Origin: a virus | Taxonomy: Duplodnaviria; Caudoviricetes | Direction: 5' to 3' (one strand) | DNA length: 64,000 nucleotides | IMG/VR virus record: IMGVR_UViG_3300028327_000538 | Coordinates: 1-64,000 of that record | Shown here: positions 1 through 9,134 of the stretch, one piece after another | How positions within the stretch are numbered: position 1 is the first letter of the stretch | Layout: each line of letters opens with the position of its first letter | The notes under the pieces: model-generated | The model's input: only the letters and a program-made list of their open reading frames with translations | Database searches by the model: none | Told to the model about the DNA's origin: nothing | Made by a program: the position numbers and the translations under genes

Positions 1-816
1 CGCTTTGTAAGAGCGCATCCCGCCGTAAAAATCATCCTCAGCGGCGTAAAGTCGCGTGAAGAACTCAACGAAAATTTGAGAGGATTTGCGGAGACCAGTA
101 CCGAGCCTGACGAAGAACGCCTTATCCGCGTCGGCAATCATGTCCGCGAGCTTCGCGGTTTTTGCACTGGATGCAATTATTGCGCGGGCTGTCCAGCGAA
201 AATACCTGTTTCTGAAATCATGAAGAAGCGCAACGCGCTGCTCTTTCCCCCCACCGAGGCGTACAACCGAAGCGAACCTGAGCTTGTGCGGAATATCAAG
301 CTCTTTTACTCACACGTCAGCGCAAATGAATGGTTCCCGGACAGCGATGAGAACCCTTGCACGAGGTGCGGACAGTGCGAAGCCAAGTGTACGCAAAAAC
401 TGAAGATAATTGGCGGAATAGCCGATATGTACAACAGGGCGGGTAGTGTGGGCTTCACGCTGGAAGCACGCAGGAAACGCCTTGGCGAACTGCTTGCCGA
501 CAAGGGATTCTCAAAAGTTGGAATTTATCCCAACGGCGGTTTTGCTAATTTAATCGTGGAAATGTATGGCAAATATTTCGGAAAGACAGATTTTGAATGG
601 TTACAGTTTAATAGTGACAAAAAGATGTGGGGCGAGATGTCGGGGGGGCTGCCGGTATATTCGCCAGATGAGATAACGGCTTTGAGGCCGGATATAATAA
701 TAGTCAGTACGTACAAATACGACAATGAGATTTATGAGGGCTTAAAACATTATGAGAACGATGGCATCCATGTTGTCAAGCTGCATCGGGAAACTGATGT
801 GCCTTGGGTATTCTAA
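1..816 (+). CDS. Aldo/keto reductase with C-terminal 4Fe-4S domain (5'-partial)
   Basis: Frame is open from base 1 (RFVRAHPAVKIILSGVKSREELNENL, AKR C-terminal motif); CTGCNYCAGCP and CTRCGQCEAKC ferredoxin motifs. Confidence 0.85.
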   Translation, partial: RFVRAHPAVKIILSGVKSREELNENLRGFAETSTEPDEERLIRVGNHVRELRGFCTGCNYCAGCPAKIPVSEIMKKRNALLFPPTEAYNRSEPELVRNIKLFYSHVSANEWFPDSDENPCTRCGQCEAKCTQKLKIIGGIADMYNRAGSVGFTLEARRKRLGELLADKGFSKVGIYPNGGFANLIVEMYGKYFGKTDFEWLQFNSDKKMWGEMSGGLPVYSPDEITALRPDIIIVSTYKYDNEIYEGLKHYENDGIHVVKLHRETDVPWVF

Positions 817-827
817 GGGATAAAAGG

Positions 828-2165
828 ATGCTGTACGGATTGATTATTGATTTTGGTCAGACCTTTTGTAATTATGGAGACTTGATTCAAAGCGTTGCTA
901 TTGAACGCATATATCAAAAAATGAATATTCCGCCGGAACAAATCGTGCGACTCACAAAAAAGGATTTGTCTTCTTACGATGGCGAACCGATATTGCTTCC
1001 GTTCAGCTACACAATATATTACCTTATCAATTTTGAAACGGGTGAATTGGCGTTATCAGACAGGATTATTCCTATTTTTCTGGGTGTCAGCATTGAATCA
1101 ATTATGATTTATAACTGTATTTTACCAGAGGATTTCGCGGCGACTGGATCGAAATGGATGGGTATTTTCAGAAAGAATGCGCCCGTCGGTTGCCGCGACC
1201 ATTTCACATTGCGATTTATGAAAGAACATGGTATCGCCGCGTATCTCCAGGGTTGCATAACGAATACGCTCCCGCGAAGGGAGAAAGGCGACTACAATAA
1301 AACACTGCTCATTGACTGCCCTCAGAGTATATTGCCACATATACCGCCGGAATTACTCACGAATGCGGAAGTTATGAGCAATGTAGCGCCTATGGGAAGT
1401 TGTTCCGTTGAAGATAACTACCAGCGTGTCATGGCTCGTTACGAATACTACAAGAATAATGCAGCGTTTGTTGTAACATCGCGTTACCATGTTGCTCTCC
1501 CCTGTAACGCGATGGGGATACCCTCTGTCATCGTCAAACCGCAGGTTAGTAAATATTCCGAGGATGTACGCTGGGATGCCCTGCCCCCGCAGGTTCAGAT
1601 GTGCGCGTCTGAGAGAGATTACTGGAATGTGAGATGGCATTCTGAGTATGAGGATTTTCCTGAGTTTAAGGAAACAATACTCAAAATAGCGTCGGCGCGG
1701 ATTATGGAGGCATTTATCCGGCATGACGCGGAAAAAACAGTGAGCGTTTTTTTTGCGCCCCAGTTTGACGTGTACAATAAAACAAGAGAGCAGCATGAAA
1801 GCTATGCAGACCTTTTACGTGCGTATCTACAGCGCCATCACGCACAGGGGCAAGGGAGATTTTATATATGGGGTGCGATGGATATTTTTTGCCGCAGAGA
1901 CCGAGTAGAACTTTCCGAGATAATATTTGAAATAAATCCTGACCTGGAGTTTGCGGGATGGATTGATTCATTCAGGACAGGAACACTGGCAAATAAAAAA
2001 ATTGAAAAAATAAGCGACGTAATTTTAGGAAAAGATGATTTTATCGTTGTCGCGGCGGAAAGCGCGACACATTACGCATCTTCGTACTTTGCCGGGATGG
2101 GCTTAAATGAACGTAATTATCTGCTTTTGGGCAATAGAACACTGGTATTGGATATTGAAAAATGA
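828..2165 (+). CDS. Polysaccharide pyruvyl transferase family protein
   Basis: NYGDLIQ, VGCRD and VVTSRYH motifs; ATG at 828 preferred over TTG at 804. Confidence 0.75.
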   Translation: MLYGLIIDFGQTFCNYGDLIQSVAIERIYQKMNIPPEQIVRLTKKDLSSYDGEPILLPFSYTIYYLINFETGELALSDRIIPIFLGVSIESIMIYNCILPEDFAATGSKWMGIFRKNAPVGCRDHFTLRFMKEHGIAAYLQGCITNTLPRREKGDYNKTLLIDCPQSILPHIPPELLTNAEVMSNVAPMGSCSVEDNYQRVMARYEYYKNNAAFVVTSRYHVALPCNAMGIPSVIVKPQVSKYSEDVRWDALPPQVQMCASERDYWNVRWHSEYEDFPEFKETILKIASARIMEAFIRHDAEKTVSVFFAPQFDVYNKTREQHESYADLLRAYLQRHHAQGQGRFYIWGAMDIFCRRDRVELSEIIFEINPDLEFAGWIDSFRTGTLANKKIEKISDVILGKDDFIVVAAESATHYASSYFAGMGLNERNYLLLGNRTLVLDIEK

Positions 2166-3172
2166 AAGCCAAAAATGTGCAGATGAACGCTACGGACAAG
2201 GTGCCTCTCCATAAACATGTACCACTTAGTACGCCTTTTGTGTTAGCGATTGAACCATCTGGCCTGTGTAATTTAAAATGCGGCTTTTGTGTGCATTCCC
2301 TCCCGATTGAATCTGGGAATGGCGCGCGTGGACATACAAAAATTTTAATGAGTGAAACTATTTTTGAAAAAATCATACTGGATTTGAAAGCATTTGATAA
2401 GCCATTGAAATTGATCTATTTCAGTCAAATAGGTGAACCGCTTTTGAATGCCAGATTGCCGGATATGATAAGGCGGTTTTATACGGAAAAGCTGGCAGAT
2501 AGAACAGCCATTTTTACTAACGCGATACCATTGACGGAAGAAAAATCGCTCGCTATGGTTGACGCGGGTCTATCAAGTATAAAAATATCGGTAAATGGGC
2601 TGTCATCTGAAGATTATTCCAAAAATTGCGGAACACCTATTGACTTTAACAGACTTGTTAGACAGATAACATATTTGTATAATAACCGCAAAAATCTGGT
2701 CATTCAAATAAAAATACTTGATAAACTTTTGAATCATGGGGATGAAAAGCGATTTTACAATATTTTTGGGAACATTTGTGACCAAATCAATGTTGAAAAA
2801 TTATTTCCAATATTTGATGGTGTTGACTACGACAACTTGTATTTCCACGGAGAGACAAAGCCCGTAAGTCGTTTTGAATCCGCGCGAAATGATGTAAAGA
2901 TCTGCGCGCTGCCGTTTTACAGGATGGCGGTCGCGGCTGATGGTATGGTAAGCCTTTGTTATTCCGAATTAGTTGATCGGAATATCATAGACTGTTCCTT
3001 AAAGGAAATCTGGAACGGCGAAAAACGAAAAAGCCTCTTGATAAATCTTTTGCAACAAAAATACGAAGGAATATCAAAGATGTGTGATGTGTGCACTTGC
3101 GGTCACGAGCAAGCTAGTGAACAAGATGACTTGTATCCTCACAGAAATAAAATATTGAGTAGATTGCGGTAA
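2162..3172 (+). CDS. Radical SAM / SPASM-domain protein
   Basis: CNLKCGFC (CxxxCxxC), GEPLL, C-terminal CALPF...DG.VSLC...CDVC. Confidence 0.9.
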   Translation: MKAKNVQMNATDKVPLHKHVPLSTPFVLAIEPSGLCNLKCGFCVHSLPIESGNGARGHTKILMSETIFEKIILDLKAFDKPLKLIYFSQIGEPLLNARLPDMIRRFYTEKLADRTAIFTNAIPLTEEKSLAMVDAGLSSIKISVNGLSSEDYSKNCGTPIDFNRLVRQITYLYNNRKNLVIQIKILDKLLNHGDEKRFYNIFGNICDQINVEKLFPIFDGVDYDNLYFHGETKPVSRFESARNDVKICALPFYRMAVAADGMVSLCYSELVDRNIIDCSLKEIWNGEKRKSLLINLLQQKYEGISKMCDVCTCGHEQASEQDDLYPHRNKILSRLR

Positions 3173-3184
3173 GGGGATAGGAAT

Positions 3185-4252
3185 ATGGGAAAACAGCGGG
3201 TTGTTTTCTGGACTTGTGCGTATAACGCGGAGAAGACAATCTGCCGTGCCATGGAGAGCGTACTGAATCAAACTTGCGCGGATTTTACATATTATTGTCT
3301 GGACAATGGTTCCAGTGATAAAACCGGCGAAATCATCAAGAGCTATGCAGAACAAGATTCAAGAGTTGTCCACCTTTCTGTTCCAGAAAATATCAACCCC
3401 GGCGCCACAGCGATATACTTACCTACTATTCTTTCACATGGTGACGATGGGTATATGGTCTGGCTCAACGCGGATGATGAATACGCTCTGGACTTCCTTG
3501 AGAAAATGTTCGGATTCGTCACCATCAACAATCTTGACGCCGCTGTATGTGGAACAGAGTATGTAACCTCGGACGGCACATCAAGACTTGATACTCCGGC
3601 TAAAACGCTGATTCTTGTGGGTAGCGGGTTTGCGGAGTACCTAACAATTTATTATAAATACATAACGCGCATGTGGGGGGGACTGTATTCGCTAAAGCTT
3701 GTCAAAAAGATGGGACTTCCGACTCACGACAAGTTCTCTGATAAGGGAGGAGCATTTTATGATGTCATGTGTTCGCTAAAAGCGTTTAGCGAATCTGAAC
3801 GCGCCGGAGTTCTCGCCGACTCCCTGCATAAATACTATCATACGCCAGCGCAACTCTCGACCAAATATACGCCTTACTGGTTCTGGTGGGTGAACAAAGC
3901 GCAGGCGCGGCTTCGTGATTTTATTCTGAGTTTTGGTCCTATCAGTAAGGAAAACGAAAATTTCCTGCACACACGTTTCCTGATTTGGCTCAAATACATC
4001 ATGCCGCGATTACAAAACGCTGACGTATCCCTTGAAATCAGAATGAATGATCTGTATGCGATTTTTTCCGATAAAAAAGTGCATGAACTGCTTTCACTTG
4101 ACTGGAGCGCGATTGGAATATATTCGGACAAGGCGGAATTTCTGCGGGAAACTCTTGACTGGGTACTCGCGCAAGCTAAATGTGACGGGACAAATACCGC
4201 TCCGGCGCAAAAACTGATAGACCTGATAAACGGCTGTCTGGATAAAGTATGA
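3185..4252 (+). CDS. Glycosyltransferase family 2
   Basis: AYNAEKTI..AMESVLNQT, DNGSSD, LNADD. Confidence 0.9.
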   Translation: MGKQRVVFWTCAYNAEKTICRAMESVLNQTCADFTYYCLDNGSSDKTGEIIKSYAEQDSRVVHLSVPENINPGATAIYLPTILSHGDDGYMVWLNADDEYALDFLEKMFGFVTINNLDAAVCGTEYVTSDGTSRLDTPAKTLILVGSGFAEYLTIYYKYITRMWGGLYSLKLVKKMGLPTHDKFSDKGGAFYDVMCSLKAFSESERAGVLADSLHKYYHTPAQLSTKYTPYWFWWVNKAQARLRDFILSFGPISKENENFLHTRFLIWLKYIMPRLQNADVSLEIRMNDLYAIFSDKKVHELLSLDWSAIGIYSDKAEFLRETLDWVLAQAKCDGTNTAPAQKLIDLINGCLDKV

Positions 4253-4283
4253 AACTATTACTTATAATTGTACAGGGGAAAAA

Positions 4284-5219
4284 ATGGGTGGAGTAATCAT
4301 TTTTACAGTGGCCTACAATGCCGAAAAAACTATGGCGCGCACTATAGAGAGCGTCTTGTCTCAAACCTGCGGGGATTTTACATACTACGTTGTCAATAAT
4401 GGTTCGCTGGACACAACGGGGACGATAATCAAGGCGTACGCTGACAAGGATCAGAGAATCAAGGTACTGTCTAATGCCGTGAACCATGTCTGGGAACAGG
4501 GAAACAACCTGTCTCACGATATTTTTCCGAAGTACGACGACAGTCACTTTTTCTGTGTGCTGGACGCGGATGATGAGTACAAGCCAGATTTTATTGAAAA
4601 AATGCTGAAGTTTATGCGGGAAAATCAACTGGATATCGCCGCCTGTGGCAATGACTTTATAAGTGTGTCATCGGGAATGACTTTGGGTGTCCGTGGCTTG
4701 GATCGTGATCTTATTTTGGAGGGCGAGTCCTTTGGTACGCAATTTCCTATTTACCACGAATTCATGCGCACTGTTTGGGGTAAGTTCTATTCTCTTCCTG
4801 TGATGCGCGAATATGAGGCGGACAACCCTGAGGGCATTTGGTACGGTAGCGACACTCTCATAACGCAGGGCGCTTTCCGCCGTGCGAGGCGCGTGGGCAT
4901 ATTGGCCGGGTCGCTTCATAAATACTACATAAATCCTCAATCCGTCTCCTATGCTATTATTGATGCCAAGCGGATTCGGGGCGACCGCGTGATGTTTGAC
5001 GCGGCCAAGGAGTTCCTGATTGCAAAGGTTGGTCACGTAAGCCCAGGGAATGAACACTTTTTATACAGTGTCTATCTGAATGCCATTAAGGACACGCTGC
5101 AGGTTCTCCTGAAAGCGGAAATACCAGACGCGGAAAAGATGGAGCATGTTAAATATCTGAAAGTCGAGATGGACGAGATCCAGAGATTCTTTGCGGCTTA
5201 TTCGGGGCCTAAGTCATGA
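4284..5219 (+). CDS. Glycosyltransferase family 2 (paralog of the upstream gene)
   Basis: AYNAEKTM..IESVLSQT, NNGSLD, LDADD; same domain order as 3185..4252. Confidence 0.9.
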   Translation: MGGVIIFTVAYNAEKTMARTIESVLSQTCGDFTYYVVNNGSLDTTGTIIKAYADKDQRIKVLSNAVNHVWEQGNNLSHDIFPKYDDSHFFCVLDADDEYKPDFIEKMLKFMRENQLDIAACGNDFISVSSGMTLGVRGLDRDLILEGESFGTQFPIYHEFMRTVWGKFYSLPVMREYEADNPEGIWYGSDTLITQGAFRRARRVGILAGSLHKYYINPQSVSYAIIDAKRIRGDRVMFDAAKEFLIAKVGHVSPGNEHFLYSVYLNAIKDTLQVLLKAEIPDAEKMEHVKYLKVEMDEIQRFFAAYSGPKS

Positions 5220-5233
5220 GCCGCGGGCTACAA

Positions 5234-5259
5234 TACGTATAAATTGTTGAACTGCTATA
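5234..5259 (-). repeat. IS/MITE-like terminal repeat, copy 1
   Basis: TACGTATAAATTGTTGAACTGCTATA is the reverse complement (24/26) of 6599..6624. Confidence 0.7.
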
Positions 5260-5496
5260 CTTTGCATAAATAGACTTCACGGCTATCCATTTAGCTCAGC
5301 AAGGGTAATACAGCTAGAGCCACTTGTAAAACTTCAGTTTTGCAAGTCAAACGGAGTTGATGGCTGCGCCCAACCAGAGCAGGCTCTGGCGTAAAATATT
5401 GCCAGCAAACAAGTTGTGAAATCAAAGCCAGAGACGGTAGAAGGTCGGGAGCAGACGTACCGCAGAGTTTTTCAAGAAGCTCAATCAAATGTTTTG

Positions 5497-5700
5497 TCAG
5501 ACCGAAACTTTGCTCCTGTCTCTGCAATAAGGGTTTGGAATTGCTTTTGCCCATCTTTCAGGAGTAATTTCGGGACTGTCGGTCAAGTCAATCTCGCTGT
5601 CGGGCATGTTTCTGAATTTTTCCTCCAGTGCCCTAAGTTCTGCCCTGTCTGCTTCTGTAAGCGGGGACAACATCTCTCGTGTGTAGCTAACCATGCTCAT
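5497..5700 (-). CDS. brnA: BrnA-like antitoxin, probably C-terminally truncated
   Basis: Overlaps the brnT stop; PDSEIDLTDSPEITPERW N-domain; the usual C-terminal RHH segment is missing. Confidence 0.6.
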   Translation of the reverse strand: MSMVSYTREMLSPLTEADRAELRALEEKFRNMPDSEIDLTDSPEITPERWAKAIPNPYCRDRSKVSV

Positions 5701-5974
5701 AAAGCCTCCGTTCTTGCTTGGTGGGTGTTCTAGCGTTGATAATCCTTACAATTTCTGTATCGGCCATTTCTAGGTAAGTGTGAGCAACGATTACAAACAA
5801 ACAGCCTTCAACCATGCCGATAATTTGCCAGCGTTCCTCACCATCTACGATTCTATCCTGAACTGTTTTTGCGAGTGGATCATCAAATACCATGATGGCT
5901 CTCTCAAAAGCGATGCCGTGCTTACGGAGGTTGCTTTCTGCCTTTTTTTCATCCCAAACAAATCGGCGATTCAT
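5687..5974 (-). CDS. brnT: BrnT family toxin
   Basis: FVWDEKKAESNLRKHGIAF...EERWQIIG...RIINAR..TKQERRLY; TGaTACAAT 6 nt upstream of ATG 5974. Confidence 0.92.
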   Translation of the reverse strand: MNRRFVWDEKKAESNLRKHGIAFERAIMVFDDPLAKTVQDRIVDGEERWQIIGMVEGCLFVIVAHTYLEMADTEIVRIINARTPTKQERRLYEHG

Positions 5975-6141
5975 ATTCAAATTGTATCACTTGGTATCCA
6001 GTTTGGGTTGTCTTTTATATAGCAATTTTAGATGGCGTAGTCCATTCTCATGACTTCTGAATCCAATTTTATCGATATGTTTCGCATGAATGTATTGCAC
6101 ATTTTGGACTACGAAAACTAAAACTACTATAATGGATATTT

Positions 6142-6183
6142 CTTATACCAATTTGCATTCATCAGAATGCAAATTGGTATAAG
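6142..6183. repeat. Perfect 19-bp inverted repeat (minimal MITE-like remnant or hairpin)
   Basis: CTTATACCAATTTGCATTC-atca-GAATGCAAATTGGTATAAG. Confidence 0.85.
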
Positions 6184-6275
6184 GCGGCGGGAAGCGATAC
6201 CCGCATAATGAAAGTGAATACGGAAAAAGCGGATGTGCTATCATCAGAAACAATAAAGGATGAAGGGGAAGCGAC

Positions 6276-6500
6276 ATGGAAAAAATAATCGCCGTGCGCG
6301 TGGATTATTTGCCAGAAGGTTGCTATCTGGCTACTTCAGATGCCATACAAGGGCTTGTGGCTCAGGGGCGGACCATTGAAGAAACTCTACAAATTGCCCG
6401 TGATGTCGCCAAAAAACTTCTTGAGGCTCAGGAGGGTTTATTGCCCCAACTGCCGGAAGCCAACAGCCGCACAGAATACCAGCTTATAGTCGGCGTATAG
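6276..6500 (+). CDS. hicB: HicB-like antitoxin
   Basis: EGCYLATSDAIQGLVAQGRTIEETLQIARDVAKKLLE; RBS GAAGGGG; followed by hicA. Confidence 0.8.
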   Translation: MEKIIAVRVDYLPEGCYLATSDAIQGLVAQGRTIEETLQIARDVAKKLLEAQEGLLPQLPEANSRTEYQLIVGV

Positions 6501-6501
6501 T

Positions 6502-6603
6502 ATGGGGCGTTTGTCGGGGTTTTCATACGCCCAGATCGTGCGTACACTCAAGCGACTTGGCTTTGAATTTCATCGCCATGCCGCAGGAAGTCATGAAATA
6601 TAG
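6502..6603 (+). pseudogene. hicA: HicA toxin truncated at 33 codons
   Basis: MGRLSGFSYAQIVRTLKRLGFEFHRHAAGSHEI* (GSH motif); stop supplied by the repeat at 6599. Confidence 0.8.
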
Positions 6604-6624
6604 CAGTTCAACTATTTATAGGTA
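6599..6624 (+). repeat. IS/MITE-like terminal repeat, copy 2, interrupting hicA
   Basis: TATAGCAGTTCAACTATTTATAGGTA; inverted match to 5234..5259. Confidence 0.7.
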
Positions 6625-6976
6625 GATCGCACCTACCTTGTAGCATTTACTGGCATTCGTTCTAGGTAATGCGATCTAATGGTTTCAGGTGGTTCCAAGA
6701 CCCCAAATTTCAAGGTCGTTGATTTTATTGCGTTATTTTGATGTCGTTTTGAGAAGAATTTGATCCGTGTCCGAAATATGTCCCAAACACGTTTTGGCCG
6801 CTCACCGTAGCGTCACTGTTCATGCGGAGTTTGATACAATTCTGATGTCCAAAATGCGTGAGAAAATACTATTAATTTTCGCAGGACGCAAATGATAGGT
6901 TTATTGAATGATTATTTTTGGCGAAACCACCAAAACACCCCAAAAAATATTAACCCCAAACGCAAAACAAGGCAAC

Positions 6977-7471
6977 CTAAAACGCCCTGACACCAGGCGC
7001 TAGTGATGAAAAAGTCCAGACGGTGAATTCTGATGACACTATCGCGCCTGTGACAAGCCCAATATTCATGCTGTATTTAAGCTCTTTTTTCTTTTGCTCC
7101 AGCCTGGGGAGGTTCCGATCTATTATCGCTTGGTACATGGGGGCTTTGTCATACTCCTCAAATTGGCCGCCGCCATCGCTGTAGGCCACATGATTGGCGA
7201 TGTTTTTGTTTATCAGCATCTCCAGGCACCTGATAACGGTCATGTCTATTAGCCAGTTCGGAACATAAAATTTGTCCTTTGCCAAATCCATCGCGTAAAT
7301 CGGCGGCGGCGTGGTGTTCCAATCGTCAACGGCCATGTTCAGCGCGACAAGTATCTCGTCATCGCTAAATTCAAAGGAGTTCTTGATCTCGTTGTGGATC
7401 GGGGAGTCGCGCAGAATCGCTCTGACCAGCGTTATGGCAGTGTCTTTGGTGAGCTTATTGGAGTTCGGCAT
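6977..7471 (-). CDS. Putative head-completion/neck protein
   Basis: VRAILRDSP...EFSDDEILVAL...WNTTPPP pattern; last gene of the head operon. Confidence 0.45.
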   Translation of the reverse strand: MPNSNKLTKDTAITLVRAILRDSPIHNEIKNSFEFSDDEILVALNMAVDDWNTTPPPIYAMDLAKDKFYVPNWLIDMTVIRCLEMLINKNIANHVAYSDGGGQFEEYDKAPMYQAIIDRNLPRLEQKKKELKYSMNIGLVTGAIVSSEFTVWTFSSLAPGVRAF

Positions 7472-7937
7472 AGAAAGGCCATTCCATCGCTGGCAATTTA
7501 ACTTTTAAGGTATCGAAAGTTTCGGGGGGTTCAAAGGCAGACAGTTTTTCAAACTGCGCCCACACTTCATCTCTAACCTTTACGCAATATTCAGCCTGCA
7601 TTTTCCATGTGGGGTTGGAGCTTGAGATATAAGTGCAGGCTTCATCAATGCTGTCAAAATCTCGTTCTTTTGCGAAATTGTCGAGCATTTCCTGTGTGCA
7701 TCTCTTATAGTATTCCCACGTCTTTTCGTTGTTGTAGCCATACATCTTTTTGACTTTTTCGAGGTCGTCAGGGGTGTAAATATTGATTTTGTCGTATTGG
7801 AAAATGTTGACCTTGCCCCCCTCTGTTCCCAAAAAGATAGTCCCGCAAGTATTCGGATCAAGCTGGTGGCGAGACAGTATCTCTTCAGCCGCTACGCCAT
7901 TGATGGGGCTGGTCTTATCCCAAATTGTGTATTCCAT
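7455..7937 (-). CDS. Phage tail-fibre-associated/assembly-like protein
   Basis: LDNFAKERDFDSIDEACTY...VRDEVW...LPAMEWP resembles phage fibre chaperone-like families. Confidence 0.5.
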   Translation of the reverse strand: MEYTIWDKTSPINGVAAEEILSRHQLDPNTCGTIFLGTEGGKVNIFQYDKINIYTPDDLEKVKKMYGYNNEKTWEYYKRCTQEMLDNFAKERDFDSIDEACTYISSSNPTWKMQAEYCVKVRDEVWAQFEKLSAFEPPETFDTLKVKLPAMEWPFYAELQ

Positions 7938-7938
7938 T

Positions 7939-8514
7939 TTAATTGTCCTTTCGTAATGCTACCAATTTCTTTTCGGCCCATTTGACAGCCTGGGAAATCG
8001 TGACGGAAGTCGTTGCGCTTCGCCCCTCCATGTCAAAAGTAACTATCTTTACATCCATGCGCTGAGTGGCATTGGGATCGAAGCCGCTGTCGAGCTTTCC
8101 GCGAATTTTCAGTGAATTCCAGCTCGCGTGAATCCAACCCGACCTTGGGTTGGCCGCAGACGCCCCCTCGATCAACAATTGATCATAGACAAAAGTTTCT
8201 GAGGTTAAGAGTTTCAGAAAAGCCTCGAAAATGTTCTCCCCCGGCTTCATTCCCACGTCTATCGCGGACGCGGCCATATGCTGACTTGTGGCCGATGCGC
8301 CGGGTGTAATCGCGTTCAGCTTCGGATTTCTGTATCCACTGTTGATTGTTCTGGGCACGCCACCCAAGATTGCGCGTATTGGCTCAAATACTCTTTCAGC
8401 GCATAGACGTGCACTAGGCATGAGACTTTGTGGAACGGAGTTATCAATCTTATTTTGGATAGCTCTGTTGGAGTAAATAAACTCACTTACAGTGAGATTA
8501 GGTGAGAGATTCAA
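7939..8514 (-). CDS. Peptidase M15A family endolysin
   Basis: INSGYRNPKLN...SQHM..AID...DQLLIE...WIHAS Zn-peptidase motifs. Confidence 0.88.
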   Translation of the reverse strand: MNLSPNLTVSEFIYSNRAIQNKIDNSVPQSLMPSARLCAERVFEPIRAILGGVPRTINSGYRNPKLNAITPGASATSQHMAASAIDVGMKPGENIFEAFLKLLTSETFVYDQLLIEGASAANPRSGWIHASWNSLKIRGKLDSGFDPNATQRMDVKIVTFDMEGRSATTSVTISQAVKWAEKKLVALRKDN

Positions 8515-9134
8515 CGCTTACCTCCCCTGTGTCCGCCACCGCTGTGTCCGCTGTGTCCACCGCCATGCCCCCGTCCGTGCCCATCGCCGCCATGAACACG
8601 TCCACTCTCATGTTTGTGATGCGGCTGTGCTTGTGGCTGCGGTTGAGGAATATCAACTATTTGAGGTGTATGTATTTCCGGCAGATTTCTCAACATGATG
8701 TTGTTGTTCGGGTCGTTGAGGAATCCGCAGGCGACACAGGTAAAGCAGGTGTCTGCTGTTTTGGTCTGGCTCTGTTTGATTGTGAGCAGGTCTTCCGAGA
8801 GGTCTATGGTTTCTCTGCCCTGCGTTTCGGCTGACTTGCGCAATACGAGATGGCGCTTGTCGGGGTCAGAGAGGCGGCGCAGTTTACTGTCAGTGATATT
8901 GCTTTGCGCTTTGCTTGCCGCCACACCCCCAAGAGCAGCCAGACCGGCGGCAATGCTCCAACGCGCAGGCATCTTCAAATTGGGCAATTGCTTACGCAGT
9001 ATCCGCTCGCCCAGCAAGCCTGAAAGGACAGCGCCAGTGCGAAAGGCTCCGCCCTCTTTGGCCTTGCGGGACATGTTTTCTTCCAGTATGCTCTGCATAC
9101 GCTCGGATTCATTGAGTTTACGAAAGCCGATCAT
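8511..9134 (-). CDS. K-x-A motif protein with Gly-rich helices, CxxCxxC and His/Gly tail
   Basis: LRKSAE, QTKTAD; CFTCVAC; HHKHESGRVHGGDGHGRGHGGGH. Confidence 0.6.
   Translation of the reverse strand: MIGFRKLNESERMQSILEENMSRKAKEGGAFRTGAVLSGLLGERILRKQLPNLKMPARWSIAAGLAALGGVAASKAQSNITDSKLRRLSDPDKRHLVLRKSAETQGRETIDLSEDLLTIKQSQTKTADTCFTCVACGFLNDPNNNIMLRNLPEIHTPQIVDIPQPQPQAQPHHKHESGRVHGGDGHGRGHGGGHSGHSGGGHRGGKR

Noticed and set aside
6640-6710. Possible tRNA/tmRNA 3' end as attachment site (minus strand ends ...GAAACCA)
   Set aside because: No T-loop GTTCRA motif or cloverleaf; no partner repeat in the window
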